IMG/VR virus record: IMGVR_UViG_3300008952_003529
Reading direction: 5' to 3' (one strand)
Length of the DNA: 64,000 nucleotides
DNA from: a virus
Shown here piece by piece: positions 63,089-64,000 of the stretch. The notes below the pieces were generated by a model. The model was not told where the DNA came from and did no database searches. It was given only the letters and a program-made list of their open reading frames with translations. A program made the translations under genes and the position numbers. Position 1 is the stretch's first letter, and each line of letters starts with the position of its first letter.

Positions 63089-64000
63089 AGCTTTAGTTAC
63101 TGGCTGTTGTGGTTTTATTGGTGGACATCTTACTAGAATGTTAGTGAAAGATGGGTGGAATGTTGTTGGCGTCGACGATCTTTCAAATGGTGATCCAGAC
63201 GTCCTTCATGATATTGATATTCGATGTGTCCCACCGGCACTTCTCCCTGCCTATAACGGCGCGGAAGATGTAGACAAGACACTTATTATTACTGGTGATT
63301 TTGCAAATGAACATATTCTCATGAGAGCCGACCGCGGCGATTTTGATGTTATTTTTCATCTTGCCGCGAATCCACGGGTAGAGTATTCTGTAAAGAACCC
63401 TGCATCGACAACTCATACAAACGTCCAGAAGACGATTGAGCTAATGACTGCGGCCGTTGGAAAGATTGATCGATTTGTATTTGCTTCTTCTTCCGCAGTG
63501 TATGGTAACGGGGTTTCATTACCAACCAAAGAGTCTGAGTCAACAAATCCTCAATCTCCATACGCTCTACAGAAACTTGTAGTTGAGCAATTCGGTGAAA
63601 TGTACAGTGAACTCTATGGCTTAGATTTTGTTGCATTGAGGTTTTTCAATGTATACGGCCCCGGACAGCTTGGGAGTTCTCCGTATTCTACTGCAATCGC
63701 CGCGTGGTGTGATAAGCTGAAGGCTGGAAAGCCCCTCCGAAGTGACGGGGACGGGGAGCAAAGTAGAGATATGGTTTATGTTGAGGATGTCTCCAGGGCC
63801 CTTATTACGTGTGCAGAACGAAACAGCTCCTTTGGATTTGAAGTATATAACGTAGGCGCAGGTCAATCATTGACAAATAATCAAATTTTGAATGGCCTTC
63901 GTGAATATTTTCCATCAATGGAAATCACGCATGCGCCTGAACGAACAGGAGACGTCAAGCATACTTTGGCTAACGTTAATAAGATTGAAACTGAAGTTCT
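63081..64000 (+). CDS. NAD-dependent UDP-sugar 4-epimerase (extended SDR, GalE/WbpP-like); partial, cut by the window end
   Basis: Missing from the ORF track. My translation from ATG 63081: ALVTGCCGFIGGHL, GVDDLSNG, VIFHLAA, FVFASSSAVYG, SPYALQK (YxxxK), LRFFNVYGP and QSRDMVYVEDV; open to the window end. Confidence 0.9.
   Translation, partial: MRKALVTGCCGFIGGHLTRMLVKDGWNVVGVDDLSNGDPDVLHDIDIRCVPPALLPAYNGAEDVDKTLIITGDFANEHILMRADRGDFDVIFHLAANPRVEYSVKNPASTTHTNVQKTIELMTAAVGKIDRFVFASSSAVYGNGVSLPTKESESTNPQSPYALQKLVVEQFGEMYSELYGLDFVALRFFNVYGPGQLGSSPYSTAIAAWCDKLKAGKPLRSDGDGEQSRDMVYVEDVSRALITCAERNSSFGFEVYNVGAGQSLTNNQILNGLREYFPSMEITHAPERTGDVKHTLANVNKIETEV

Noticed and set aside
1-64000. Stop-codon reassignment, as seen in some large phages
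   Set aside because: All conserved genes are full length in the standard code, and TAA, TAG and TGA all terminate genes at the expected ends.
1-64000. tRNA genes, CRISPR array, integrase, IS elements, inteins, homing endonucleases
   Set aside because: I saw no cloverleaf, repeat-spacer array or corresponding motifs. Terminase, helicase, RNR and DnaE have normal lengths without inserts. This was a visual scan only; tRNAscan-SE was not run.
60149-64000. Reading glf-GT-epimerase as an LPS/O-antigen conversion cassette
   Set aside because: Disfavoured, not excluded: there is no flippase, polymerase or membrane protein in the window, and the genes are interleaved with a dCMP-type TS and a dNMP kinase next to the DNA polymerase.

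Overview
This window is part of a large lytic myophage (T4-like/jumbo-type) genome. All credible genes are on the + strand, tightly packed, in the standard genetic code. 0.3-35.2 kb is a virion module: terminase, portal, prohead protease, scaffold, major capsid, neck, tail terminator, two tandem tail-sheath paralogs, tube, tail chaperone with a probable +1 frameshift, tape measure and baseplate. 35.3-45.2 kb holds replication and recombination genes: a minimal PolA, a DnaQ-like exonuclease, gp32-like SSB, UvsX/RecA, a 5'-3' exonuclease, a DnaB/gp41 helicase and a class II RNR. 45.2-52.3 kb is a metabolic island with IscU, ClpP, an endolysin, type II glutamine synthetase, a complete glyoxylate shunt (malate synthase + isocitrate lyase) and ThyX. 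DnaE lies at 55.5-59.1 kb. It is followed by the most striking element, a coupled operon of a dCMP-type thymidylate-synthase homolog, UDP-galactopyranose mutase, a T4 beta-glucosyltransferase-like enzyme, a dNMP kinase and a UDP-sugar 4-epimerase (cut by the window end). Read together, the operon predicts a DNA hypermodification in which cytosine carries a furanose sugar, most simply galactofuranosyl-hydroxymethylcytosine, which I do not know to have been described. Family calls come from motif recognition and remembered reference sequences; no database searches were run.
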